Assembly: GCA_011109175.1 (NCBI GenBank)
Contig: RDEW01000027.1
Coordinates: forward strand, 395,772 to 459,771
DNA from: Dicyema japonicum
Taxonomy: Eukaryota > Animalia > Dicyemida
Reading direction: 5' to 3'
Length of the DNA: 64,000 nt
The notes beneath the pieces were generated by a model that was given only the letters and a program-made list of their open reading frames with translations, was not told where the DNA came from and ran no database searches. The translations under genes were made by a program, and so were the position numbers. Below are positions 40,006 to 52,319 of this stretch, piece after piece (within the stretch, counting starts at the first letter, position 1; each line of letters opens with the position of its first letter).

Positions 40006-40469
40006 AAAAAAATTGATCAATTAATTATTATTTTTATTAAAAATTTGTTAATGTGTCCTTTGACTTTGGAAAAAGTTTACAAGATCTTCTATATTTGGGA
40101 TTCTTTGTAATAGCTACTCTGATGTCTTCTACTTTGTGGATACTCAAATTATTACGCTTCTTACTCATCACAGGTTAAGTAAGTTCTTTTCTTAACAAAT
40201 TGGAGAGCGTAGTGACCCAGAAGTGTAGTTGCTAGCCTTTATTTTCCAGACCACGGAAATTATTACTCTATGGTATATTTCGATTGAGGCCGACATTGAA
40301 ATTCCGAGAGTGTTCAGGGCACTAAGATGACATTTAATACTCATTTTTCAAACAATATGTGGGCACACTAGTAACAACCGGGGTCACAATCCTAAGTGAT
40401 TTTACCCAAACAAGTATTATGAATAATTTGATGACAAATGAAACCAGTTTAGTAAATCCCAACCAAATA

Positions 40470-43305
40470 TTAATAATTAAGGTCAATCGAATAGAATGAT
40501 GATCTTATTTGAGTAGGAGCAATCCAATCTGGAATATTTTTTAACAGCTCAGTGTAAGAGTCATTCCCTTCCGAGATAAGAGATCTGCTGTGCTGCAGAA
40601 GATTCCACGAAACGCCCATCTTGGCGAGTACTGAATCGCCAATTTCGTCATTCGACTAAATAATACTAATATAAACCCTAATATCAAAGCTAAGCTTAAA
40701 CAAATCCCTGGGAAGGCCTTGCGTGTAGTAAATGAACTCAGGGTACGAATAGTTGACCTGGTAGGTAGCATTAATGGACAGAAGTTCAATCCTGACGAGA
40801 GTAGAGTTGATTGGTGAAATTATAAAACTGCAGTGATCGGTCACTACCATTAGAATAACTGAGAACCTTCGATTTCTGCAGTAAACCGAACTGTGTAAGC
40901 GTCCAACAGCTTCCTCGACGTTATTCTTAAGGTTTTGTTGAGATTCAATGGACTCAGGTCGGTCCAGTCATCAAATTTATAGTATCTAAGAGTCAATGAT
41001 ACTGTATACCCTAACATTTTGCTTATTTTGAGGTAAAAGGGAAACTCACTGTAACTCTGAGACTTATTAATGACAAATTTATGGTTCTTTAAAGCTGGCA
41101 CACCAAAGTCGATAGTGTCGTCACTAAGGGAGTCCATAGTCATGGCATAAATCCCACAATCCTCATAATAAACTGATCCATTGTTGCTAGCAAATCTTCT
41201 ACAGGCATTCTTTGACTATCACTCCCATTCAAACCTTAAATAACATTCTCCGTTTCCGTGGTTGCAGCGGAGACCCGGAAAACGGGAACCCCAATGGAGT
41301 ACAGTAGAGAATCAAAACCAATGCCAAATAAATCACAAAAACCCAACGAAGCACTTTCTTGTAATCAAATTTGGAATAAAACGCCTCAATCTAAAGTTAT
41401 TGCTTAGCAATACAGCAAAGCTGGCAACGTATGAAGTAACAAATGCCACGATTACGGAAATATGCAATTCAGCAGATTTGTCGGGCCCTGACCTTCCAAG
41501 AATCGGAATAATCATGATTATTATCCGGTGAAATGAGTCAACGGACACCAATATAGGAAACGACAGAATTCCAAAGAAAGCCGCGGCACGGAAAAACCCT
41601 GTTAGAACTAAAAAACCAATAAAACAGTTATTTCTGAAGCGACGAGACAAATGAGAATATAAATGGATAGACACGACAACACCGAATACATAAACCATGG
41701 TTCCTTTCTGGTAGAAGTAGAGCAAAAAAAGAATCACATCGTTGAAGAGAGCAAAGGATTCAAGCCCCAAGAAGGGGAGAAACTCGTCGTTTTTCTAATA
41801 ATAAGCCAAAAGTACAAGAAGACGACCAAAATAATGATGGAATCCCATGACAATCATAAACGAGGGAACCGCGTAGAGAAACAGATTAAAATTGTTACCA
41901 TACCATGTCATCCGTAGCCCAATGGAGTGATAGACACGTGAAAAAATCTGACTGACCCAGATTGAGGCAATAAAACTGGCAGTGACAAGCAGAAACTGAC
42001 TCATCAACAGACTGATCGAAGTGGCAGCTAAATATTAGAACTGACAAAACAGCGGTCTCTGAGGGAACAAAGAGCTGAAATAATAGAAAAGGTGATGATT
42101 GAACAGCAGATAATATTGCCCATAGGAAAAGAGATGACCACAAGAAAACGAGTAATGATGTCAAAGTACATCAGATTCCCATGCAACGAAAAGTCCAACG
42201 AGTCCGTATTAGCCAGAAAAGCCTTCGTAAGAGCCAACAAATTCTCGCCTGGAGTAGATTCAACAGAAAACCAGATTTGGAGATGGTGCAATCGTCAATA
42301 CGACTGTCTGTGTCGTCGGGAGTGTGGTAGACATATCCATTGACGAAAAACCCCAGGTCGACGCCTAAAATGCCAGATTAACATACCAGAAATATTTCCG
42401 ACATCTCTGAATATTCTATAGTCGGTATCCGATGGAATTATTCCACCTTGGAAGATGTCCTGGGCTGCAACGGAGGCTGAAGGGTATGGGGCGTATTTTC
42501 CATAAAGGTGAATCAACCAGTGATTTCCGGGACCTCGAATTAGTTTGAAGTCAAACCTGACTGAAACAAAATCTGATTTCCACCAGAACCAGCCGCTTCC
42601 AAGTTGACGACTCCCCTGATGTCCTTGAACCACGGATGGCCGGTTATAAAGCCATGGCTGGCCTGCAATATGTTCTCCTCGGCTCCGTTAAACAGTAACA
42701 TCAGACAATTTCTGGAATGAGTCTCCTTCAGCGAGACAATCCTCAAAATCTCGAGCATATTTGCACAGCTGATCGTGTCATCACTCCCACCTAGGAAATT
42801 CAACCCCCCGAAGACCTGGGCTTTCAATTGCTGAGTCAAAGTGGCAGTTTATCAAAAGACAGTCGTTCGACACGTGGCCATCTATTCTGACGATAATGTT
42901 CTGAACGTTGTCATAAACTGAGAGGTATTTTTCCACAAATTGCAGATAAAATGACCCCGAAACAATTTGAAGGTCATATGTGATGTTCTTGGTGTTATAC
43001 GGACTATTCATGACATTCTCAATATAATCGATTATATATTTGGAAGTCATTATTTCGTTGGCTGGACTTCCTGAGATTTTTATCCCGAATTCAGTAATCG
43101 TCTTCAAGTGACTTCTAACGTTGGAAATGTTGAAATCCTCAATATTTTTTGCTGGGACATTTGCCAAGGGACAATTTCTGTAAATGGCGTATAATGCGAC
43201 GTAAAATGAGATCACAACTGTCGCAAAGAAAAGAAATAACAGAAATAAGCAATTTCTGCTTATAAATTGTTCAGAAAATTTCCCATCCTGCTTAGACTTG
43301 ATCAT
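40470..43305 (-). CDS. ERMP1: ER metallopeptidase 1 (M28 family), intact, about 13 exons
   Basis: [51 protein letters not shown], multi-TM region, IPDWI. Introns 42791-42815, 42534-42556, 42365-42386, 42249-42271, 42028-42050, 41795-41815, 41391-41413, 41210-41234, 40844-40866, 40656-40676, plus two in-frame candidates (~41600-41626 and 40986-41009). Confidence 0.95.
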
Positions 43306-43438
43306 CAAAATTTATGAAAACTATGATTTAAATATAATTATCTATATTAATTATTAAAATTTTAAATTAATAACAAAAATATATTTTATCTTTAATTTAA
43401 CTAATTTGGAGATATTGGAGGATAACATCTTTAATACA

Positions 43439-43575
43439 AAGACCAGGTAGTGGTTAGTGGTGCCGCTCGGATCGCGATTAGTTGTGGTTTCGATTCCAAG
43501 TCACAATGATGCATGCTCATTACGGGTATATTGACCAAATAGGAATGAATGACTATTGATTAAGATCTTGCGTAG
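43439..43575 (+). mobile_element. tRNA-derived SINE head (degenerate)
   Basis: aagaccaggtagtggtta (also at ~21145), then B-box-like gtttcgattcc. Confidence 0.5.
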
Positions 43576-44334
43576 AAAAATTTAATTTTACTTTAAAAAT
43601 ATTATTGTAAAGACCGTGAACTAATGACCTCTCCTACCATTCGTGACATTTACGTTTTTTTATCGACATTGCTCTGTAGCAAATCTAAGATACATCGATC
43701 TTAAGAAGACAATAAATTTTTTTGTGTTAGAACACGTCATCAGTCATATCTAGGGCAATTTTTATTACACTTAACATTCAAAAGTTTGACCTATAATTTT
43801 AACTTTATCAGCTTTTACTTTTAAAATTTTAGTTTTTTTGGCAACAAAAGACAAAAACTTGTTATAAATAATAATGGCCTTTGCGTAGAGTCGTGGTAAT
43901 GTTTCCACTGCTAAACCTCCACTTGGGAAGGGCATACATTTTACTTTAAAAAAAAGCAGTTCTGCTAATTAATCGTGGAAGGGCGGTTAAGCCATCAAGA
44001 GTGCTCTTAACATTTTTTTCTGAACCAAGTAGACAATAAATTATGCAGTGAGATATCACTACAAGAAGCTTTCTCTTGTCCGAGACCCCCGGTGAATATC
44101 GAAGACCTGTGGAAGCGCCCAACTAGCTGCTGAACTCCTGAGGATGACTGGTCTCCTACAAGTTAGCGAGGTGGGGGTTTATTACTAATAACTAACTGTT
44201 TTTGAAGTCCTTATTTATTTTCTTTACTTCACTAAAATTCTTAGAATAATTATCGACAGATCCACTACAATCTCTCAATAGACAGGATTACATCAGATTT
44301 AATTAATTTCTCTTTTCTTAACCCTCTTGATTGT

Positions 44335-46125
44335 GAAGAGATCATTCGTCATGTGTAAAAGATCTTCACTAACAGACTCCCGCAGCTATGGAGGCACCAT
44401 CACTTATAGTGCTCATAAACTGCTGGTTGCATGTTTCAGAATGAAAAGATATTTCGGAATAGGTGGAGCTAGAAAGAAGAGAGCTTATCTTGATTGTTCT
44501 ATTGTAGAAAAAATATGCTTATGTGAGAAGACGCGTAAGATTTTTGTATGGCAATTAAGAAGGAGATTGTGAACATAAATATGGAAAATCCCCCAGATAT
44601 GATTTGGAGTGCTACTGTTGATTGAATAAAGAAGACAAGTTTCGACGTGCTTGGGGAAAAAAGGTCGGCAGGATTTAAAGGGGTGAAGAAAAGAAAGAAA
44701 TCGTATTGTCAGATTAGAAGGAGGAAGAAGGAAATTTATAAGAAAATTAACGAACGTGTCAGTGAAATTGAGAAGTTGGGATACGGAACGCAAATGTTTC
44801 GAGCAGTTCGCCTTTTTCAGACTTTTGAATGAAAATGAAACTTCATACGTGGAGCCAATTGAGAAATCACCAAGAAGCCTGAATCTACCGATATCTACAG
44901 AGAAAACTAATCTGGAATCATTAAATTGAACAACAACAGGGCAGCGGGACCAGACATACATGGAGAAATGATCAAATATGCACCAGGCGAACTGACAACC
45001 CTCATTACAAAGATTTTCAATAAGATTTGAGACGCATTCCCCCTTGAAACTTGGTGATGGAATTTTGATTCCTCTGCATAAACCAGGAAAGAGCACGGGA
45101 CCAATAAAAAATCTAAGACTTGTGATATTACTGGGAACATTGAGGAAGATACTATCTCTGATAACCCTTAGTCGATATCTTCTGATGTTTATGAATATTT
45201 GTCACCGGAACAGAGTGGGTTCAGAAAGGGACGCTTGACCGCAGATGCTGTTTGGTCCCACAGGTGGATATGTGCCATGTATTAACAATACAGGAGTGAT
45301 TTTAAGATTTGGGGAATGGACATGTCCAGTGCGTTTAACACTGTCAACAGAAAAACAGTGTTGGACGTTGCTGGGAGTTTTCTTGATGAGGATAACACAA
45401 GACTCGTCCGTTTCCTATCTTCGAATACTGAATTAACTGTAAGAGTTGGGAACACAACACCGAAGCCTTTCGGGACAACAGTTGGAATACCTCAGGGAGA
45501 CTCTCTATCTCCGGTTCTATTCGTCGCATACATGGAAGCGGTATTGAGAGCTCTTAGAACAAAATGTGAAGGATACATGCCGATGGAGATTATATATGCA
45601 GATGACATAGATTTTGTGTCAGAAAATGATCTGGAACTTGGACTTGCTTTAGAAAAAATCTCTGGAGAATTTAAGAATTGGTCTCTGCGAGTTAATCAGG
45701 AAAAGACTGAGCACACAAGAATCACAAGGGAATTAAAATATATTGATGAAAATTGAAGGAAAAAAGGAAATTGGGATCCTTACTTATTGGCCTCGACATT
45801 TTTGAATCAAGATGGAGACTGTTTGGGCACGTGCTTAGAATGGACATAAACACCCCTGCAAATATAATAATGGACAATTACTTTAACAATGAGAACGAAC
45901 CATTATTCAGAGGAAGACCCAGAGTCACTCTACCCGTGGCTCTAAACAAGGATCTTAATGGAATTGGAAGAAAACTTAAAGACCTAGAAGATCTAAAGAC
46001 AGATGCGCAAAGCAGAGGGCGATGGAGACGCCTAGTGAAGCAGATTTTGAAACGTATGGCACAAACGGGACCTTAGTTAATATAACGTTCTTTGGTTCTG
46101 TGAAAGTGCTTTTAATAATAATAAT
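44335..46125 (+). mobile_element. RTE-clade LINE, degraded, internally deleted
   Basis: DMSSAFNTV, GIPQGDSLSPVLF, YADD, RWRLFGHVLR, RGRPR; (taa)n tail. Confidence 0.92.
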
Positions 46126-46419
46126 TTCTTGATGGTGGCACTTTTTAAGGAAGAAATTGATGTCATTCAGTTCTCTTTGATAATTAATAAGTTGGGGAAG
46201 CCTCTATTGCAATAAATCTCTCCTTAACTTCATGATGAGTTAAAACCTTTGTCTTCTTTCTTCTTTGGAGCATGGACCATGCAACATGCTCAGGAAACAG
46301 GAATTTCTGAGCAAATGTATGTCGGATGCGGTAATGATGCACTTGTGTCCACCGCCCCTAAGCAACTATAGTACCCCTATAAAAATAATATTTTTTGATC
46401 ATAAAACACCAAAAGAGTT

Positions 46420-46810
46420 AATAAAATTCTCAACCTATTTTTTATTAGAACTTATTTTCCTAAAGAGAATTCAGACACGCCTAATTGTAGTGATCAATGG
46501 GCTGCTTATGCTTCACTAAACTTGTATTTACAAGTCATGTCTGGGTGAACCATAGTGAAAAATTTATCAATCCCAGTGACAGTAATATTCACATCCAAAC
46601 CATTGAAAAAGCGTAGTCCAAAGCAAGACTGTAGTAAATTTGAGGGATGTGCCAATAGAGTTATTACAATGGCAATTAGTCGTTACAATTTAAAAAATAG
46701 CACTTAAAAAAATTTAATTTTTGAAAAAAGAAACATTAAAAAATGTAAAGATTTTTAGTTACGGGCCAGGACTGCGAAGGCGTTACCACTAATCACCGCC
46801 ATTTCGAACC
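46420..46810 (+). mobile_element. Merlin/ISXO2-type transposase remnant with probable terminus
   Basis: SDQWAAYASL...HVWVNHSEKFINP..HIQTIEKA*SKA matches the ISXO2 pattern SD.W.AY / H..VNHS..F..P / H.Q.IE..W. Confidence 0.7.
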
Positions 46811-47211
46811 AGAGTCCTTCGCGAGGCTCGCAACTCTTCGATCTTGATTAATTTGGTAATGAAGATATAATGCAAGATCCTGTTTCGAATGAGCACCAAA
46901 AGAACTGAACTTGCTAATAAATAAGAAATAACTCAAACAGAAGTGCTCGACGAGAACGAAATCGTCATTCTTTGTGAAGATTATAATGTCGACGAGGAAA
47001 TTATTGATGCTAAAATGGAAAGATTATTATATTGAAGACATGAATATTAACTACAATGAAATTAATATAGTTATTCCTTCACAATCCGAAAGGCATCCAA
47101 ATTTTTTTAGTTCGGATTAATGAGGCTTTACTGTATATTGATTAGTGTTCTTTGACATGACAGTATATCAACACGTTTATGTTAATTAATTGATTATGGC
47201 TTTAAAGTTTA

Positions 47212-47590
47212 TATTAAGGCACTTTCACGAAAGCCATAATGATTATATGCATGTGCAACACTCAAAGAAACAATATTTATAGTTAGTCTTTTCCATCTTC
47301 CTCTGTCGAATGCGAGTGATCTCAATTCGTCCAGGTCGTCCCCCGTCTTTAGATTTTTTCTCACACGATTTAGTCTTTGTTTAAGGCAGTCGGGAGTGTC
47401 GATCTAGGTCGTCCGCGGAAGGGTTTTTCGCAACTGTCAAAGTAATCTTCCATCGCTTTGTTAGCGGGTGCGTGTGGGTTCATTCTTAGTACATGCCCAA
47501 ATAGCCTCCACCGGGCATCTATCACATCCTTCCTGATGTAAGAACACATACACCTGTTGTAGACACCAGTGGTTGATATTCTAGCCGAGA
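47212..47590 (-). mobile_element. RTE 3' fragment
   Basis: RWRLFGHVLR..RGRPRSTLP followed by the 3' UTR ttgcacatgc..atggctttcgtgaaag. Confidence 0.88.
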
Positions 47591-47687
47591 TTATTAGTAC
47601 GTCTCCATCTTTCATGAGTAATATCGTCTTCTCTTTTGATTTCTAATTTAAAGTTTATAGTATTTAATATTTTTATAGCAATTTTTA

Positions 47688-48050
47688 GAGAGACACGTGG
47701 TCAGAACGAGGAAGTCGAAGTGCTCCGTCTCCAGTGTGACCAACTTGCACAGATTAAAGGTATCTTCCGTACGACAGCGGAACCTATCTTCAACGTCCGG
47801 TTTTAGGATTACTCATGGAAGCAAGCCACGCTGCCAGTGAGACTCAGAGGACTTGGAATTCGCAACCCTGTGGATTTTTTTCTCCCTTCATATCTATCAT
47901 CGCTAATGGTTTGTAACATGTCAAGAAGATTCTACACTCTCTACCAAAATTCTCTATTGAAAAGGACGCCTGCCGTGCTCTTGATACTGCCGTAAAAATC
48001 AGCTTTCGCTTCCTTCCGCGTTCTTTCAACATGGCCTGGACGATGCTGTA
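47688..48050 (+). mobile_element. CRE-like fragment with internal deletion
   Basis: Joins sequence matching ~38057-38098 directly to sequence matching ~39161-39485. Confidence 0.8.
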
Positions 48051-48559
48051 AAATAAACGATTCCATCTTTGATTTTTTATATCGGTGAAGAACTAGCTAG
48101 AAACTTTTGAATCCAAGACTTTGGATCGCTTTCGTTGATTCCCCGTCATGGATATTTTGATGCGGGATGGAGTATCCTCAATTTAGATCTATGAAGTCAT
48201 TATAGCTATGAAATTAAATCATCATATCGGATAAGACGATGGCTTCGAGGATATGCTTAATTCTACAAATACTGTAGATAAACACTGACGAAAATATAAT
48301 CGAATTACATGACAATTCTTATGAACGAGAAAAGATAAAGAACATATTTAAAAAAGAAATTGCCTCTTGTGGTCATGTCATTTTTAGTCACATTATTATT
48401 TCTTCATTATTGAACGTGCAAGATTGATCAAAGATTTATCAAATAAATCATTGAGTAATCAATTCACTACGTAGCTTTTAATCATAAAGAAATTATGTGA
48501 ATGTCAAATTTATTATATATTTTCTAATTTACTTTGATATTTTGGAGTTTCACTGAGAA

Positions 48560-48866
48560 TTATTGATTTTACGAACATTAATTACATATTCTTTATTAAG
48601 TCGTAAGACAGGTAGAAATAGTCACAAGGTCTAACTTCTATACCTTTGAGTATGGGAAAAAAATGGCATCGGGATAAAACGTAACAAAATAAATGTACAA
48701 GAAAGAGGAGATATAAGGATTGCACTCACGAAAAAAGGCAAATTTAGAAATTCTTGTGAATACTGATCAACCACAGGCACTTGACTTTTTTTCCGCGCTC
48801 CAAAAAGATTGGAGGGGCGAAAAAAAATTTGCGGGGCCGATTAAATAAAAAGGTTGAGAACCACTG
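48560..48866 (+). mobile_element. hAT (Buster/Charlie-like) 3' end with TIR
   Basis: RNKINVQERGDIRIALTK dimerisation-domain remnant; TIR reverse complement CAGTGGTTCTCAACC ends at 48866; flank ttcTAcat fits the Buster nnnTAnnn target. Confidence 0.75.
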
Positions 48867-49710
48867 TTCTACATCAAAGATTATGGAACGGATTCAAGAG
48901 ATTGAATCGACATACGGAAGAGAGTAACTTTCAAGACCTTTCCAATAGGGTTTTCGTCGGGGAAGATCGTGCGGAAATTGTATTTACTCACTAAATTACG
49001 AAATTACAAATGCATTTAAGAAGAAAAATCAGTTAAGCCTTGTTTGCCTTGACATCTCGAAGGCGTTCGACAGTGATGGCACGAAGACTTATTTTGTCAA
49101 CTTGTACGATCAAAGATATCCAAGAAAATGTTCCTATGGTTGAAAGACTAATTGACTGGGAGGTCATCTTATGTGGTAGTCTGTGGAAGACATTCTGATG
49201 GTATATTGTTCAAGAGGAGATTACCGCAGAAATCTATTTTAAGCCCCCTGTTATTCAACGTATTTATGGAAGATTTTCCGTCACCGCTAGACGTCAGGAC
49301 CAAACTGATAATATACGCTGATGACATTTTAATCTTGGATTCGTCTTTGAGGGCATTCCTTTCAGAGCGGCGACTAGGAGCTTTTGTTAACAAAGTCCAG
49401 GATTGGTGTGATCGGAGAGCCCTGAGATTCTCCACTGAAAAGTCCAGTTATTTACGGATAAGCAGGCTGAGTAGGCATCACGAAGAGCCTTACACTCTTC
49501 ACATACCGAGAGTCTCGTCCCTGAAATATTTTGGAATTGTAGTTGATGGGAAAGGATCATATCTAACGAACATCGAAGAGCGGAGAAAGAAGGATGTGCA
49601 AGCATTGTTCTGCACTAGAAGTCTAAAGTTGGATGGTGATACCATGTTTTTGGTTTTCGAAATGTGATTTTCCAAGACTTATCTATGGAAGCTAGGGATG
49701 GTTTTACTTG
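48867..49710 (+). mobile_element. LINE family A RT fragment
   Basis: Close copy of ~2759-3605 (YADD, KYFG). Confidence 0.92.
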
Positions 49711-49859
49711 AAAGGGCTTGGAAAAACACGTTTCAAAAAATAGATGCCTACTATTTTCCAGCTGATTCTGTGGTATTCTTAAAGTCAGTTGTCCTTTAGT
49801 ATCTCCCAGTATGAGCTTAGCTTTTATCTATGAACCTGGATAGTTTGTCAAAATTATTT

Positions 49860-50045
49860 TTCTTCCTTCCGATGGCGTCACTGGATTCACCTTACTGAGG
49901 AGGCGCCCAATGCCTGGCCGGCATCAAGAAGATCCAACAATTCTTCCCCGGGGACAATGTCTGGTGACAAGTTCTGGAATGCTGGAACGAGTCAGGATCA
50001 AGGAGTTAGTTAGTTTGGTTACCCTTGGTATTTGGAAATAATTTT
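49860..50045 (+). mobile_element. SINE body with family B-like tail
   Basis: gcctggccgg..tcttccc block shared with 28200-28236; ends ggatca..agttagttag. Confidence 0.45.
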
Positions 50046-50311
50046 AATTTTTTTAATTGGACACAAGAAGAGCTCTCATTTTACATGTAACAATGTGGCC
50101 ATTCAGAGCAAAAGAGGTCCATCACCACCTCCAATTGACCATCTGGCGGTCACTAGTTATACCAAACTAAAAACTAGCCTAGTTTGACTTGTTCTCCAAA
50201 CGGTGACACTCGAGGATAATGAGAGACGATAAAGGCAGATCCCAAATCGTTAATCAAACTATCTCACACAAAAGTAATAACACGTGTTTATTAATTTACA
50301 AGAAAATAAAA

Positions 50312-52000
50312 TCATTCAGAAAAACTAAACGGTCCAAATATTTTTCTAAACTCCTCAACATCGGCCTTTTCATCAGACTCATCCAAAATACAGGCTCTCC
50401 AATCAACCCTCTCATCACATCTAAACACATCACAGAGGATCTCCCTACAAAAGCCACAAAAAAATACCTTCCAAAATTGACAGGAAAGTTTTTAGCATTG
50501 TTTAATGACATATAGTACCTCCCAACTCCGCCAATCTCCAAATAAAAATACGGTTGATTGGGTCCGGCTATCTAAAATCAGGAGATCAGCCACCTCGAGA
50601 AGGTCATCCTTTTCGGATAACTTAGAGACCTTTATACCAAAACTACGAGCATATGAATACAGGGTCTCCACCATAAGCCCAGTTAATTCAGTGGGAATTC
50701 CCACAACCTGAAATAACTCCACTAAAACCTGGACTTGTAGATGACGACTACGGAAATTACGTTCAAAAATAAACGGAACTCGCTCATATTGAGCATAAAA
50801 CTGTCCGAGCACGTGTTTATACCTGCATCTCACTTTCCGTCTCAGAATCCAAACACACAAAAGACTGTACGTGGTCTATTGGAAGAATAAGCACGTGGTA
50901 TGGATCAATCCCTCCTTTAGCTAAGGCCAGGTAGCACTAGTAATAAATGATTGACTAAGCACGTGGTTTGACACTTCAACGATGAGATGTCTCTCCACAT
51001 GGGTCGACCCTAGACAAAACCAGCACTCTTCCTCGATCCCTAAAATAACAAACACGTGTACTTTTGGCAGGTTCTTCGCGGTTGATCTGAGATTTACGTT
51101 TAACCGGGGCTGATGGTGGTTCGGATATAAGTTGGGGATCTCTCCGTGTTTTTACCATGGACTTTTTACCGACAGGGCGGTCACTCTTGAGTCCTACATA
51201 AGGATTTTGGGTAAATTTGATGTTAGGGAGGAGATCCTCACGGGTACACAGACTGGCAGGTTTAATAGAAAAAGCGTACAACCACTAAAATGTTAAGATC
51301 ACGGAAAACTTTTTCCTCCGTGTTTCCCACGTTGGCAATCGATATAAAACGAGATAGCATCTCTGTCCCCTTTGAATTGGTAATTCTGGAAGAATAAACT
51401 AGTATTATACTTGAATGGCGGTCTTTCGTAAAAAAAGCACTTGGATGCCGAGAAATGATATCTGGGTTTGAACATGAGGGCAGCTTTGGCGGCACCAGAA
51501 GTCCCCTCTTCCGGATAAATAGATTTATTCTCAAGCTTATGTAAGTCAAACTCATTACTTCGGATGTACGAGGAAGATTTTTGATGAGACCATGTGGCCA
51601 CTCTGGTGTAACAAGGATATCAACGTCCCTGTGAGTGCATTCAATCTTATTTTCTTTAAAGGCGAGACCAGTCCATTAGGCAACTCAATGACTTGTGATT
51701 CGTTTATGATATGATTCTCGAGAATTTGGGGGAATCAATGGTTCCACGGGACAGAAAACCCACGTGTCAATGCTTACTGGATTATTAGAAAAACCTGATG
51801 TCGTGTCGAAATCACGGAAGTCATTGTAGACTCCAAAAAAGTCACCAGCACAAATAGGAGCTACAATAATTGGATGAGTAATACGTCAAAGTTAGATTTG
51901 GCATTTATTTTGTTTACTCTCTCAAATAAACGTTCAAATTGACCGTCGACATTTCCGCAGATTAAACTTAACCATTAATACTAAATTACATTTTTAACAT
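50312..52000 (-). CDS. CWF19L1: CWF19-like protein 1 (Drn1 homologue; metallophosphoesterase-like plus CwfJ domains), 12 exons, about 4 frameshifts as assembled
   Basis: [91 protein letters not shown]. Introns 51967-51989, 51861-51884, 51777-51794, 51536-51558, 51386-51410, 51285-51309, 51040-51061, 50937-50962, 50708-50728, 50572-50593, 50445-50467. Confidence 0.92.
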
Positions 52001-52319
52001 ACAAGATATCAAATGTTTATATTTTTTTAAATATTACCTCCAAATTAAATTGAGAATATAACATAGTAAAAATAATAAATATATTTTATTTTCAAAAACA
52101 TCAGCGTTCATATCGAAAACAAGCTCATCCATGTTTCTCACGTTGGCAATTGATATAACACCGTGCATATTTTGTTCCTGAAAATGGTAGAGTGGCGTCA
52201 AGTGGTTTATTTTGGCAGCGTCCGGTACCAGCGAGCACGAAAAAGAATTATTATTTCTTCTATCCCTTCTTACCGTTGCATGGGATGACTACCTTTTTCT
52301 TTGAGTCTGCTGATTGTGA

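Noticed and set aside
43875-43985. HDV-like ribozyme at a possible RTE 5' end
   Set aside because: A possible P1/P3 and a gctaa junction are present, but P1.1 and P2 pairings fail; not supportable without a covariance search.
50296-51601. Viral Cys-rich protein or pogo transposase suggested by unspliced ORFs; CACGTG cluster as E-boxes
   Set aside because: The ORFs are explained by spliced CWF19L1; the CACGTG sites lie mostly in codons or at intron edges.
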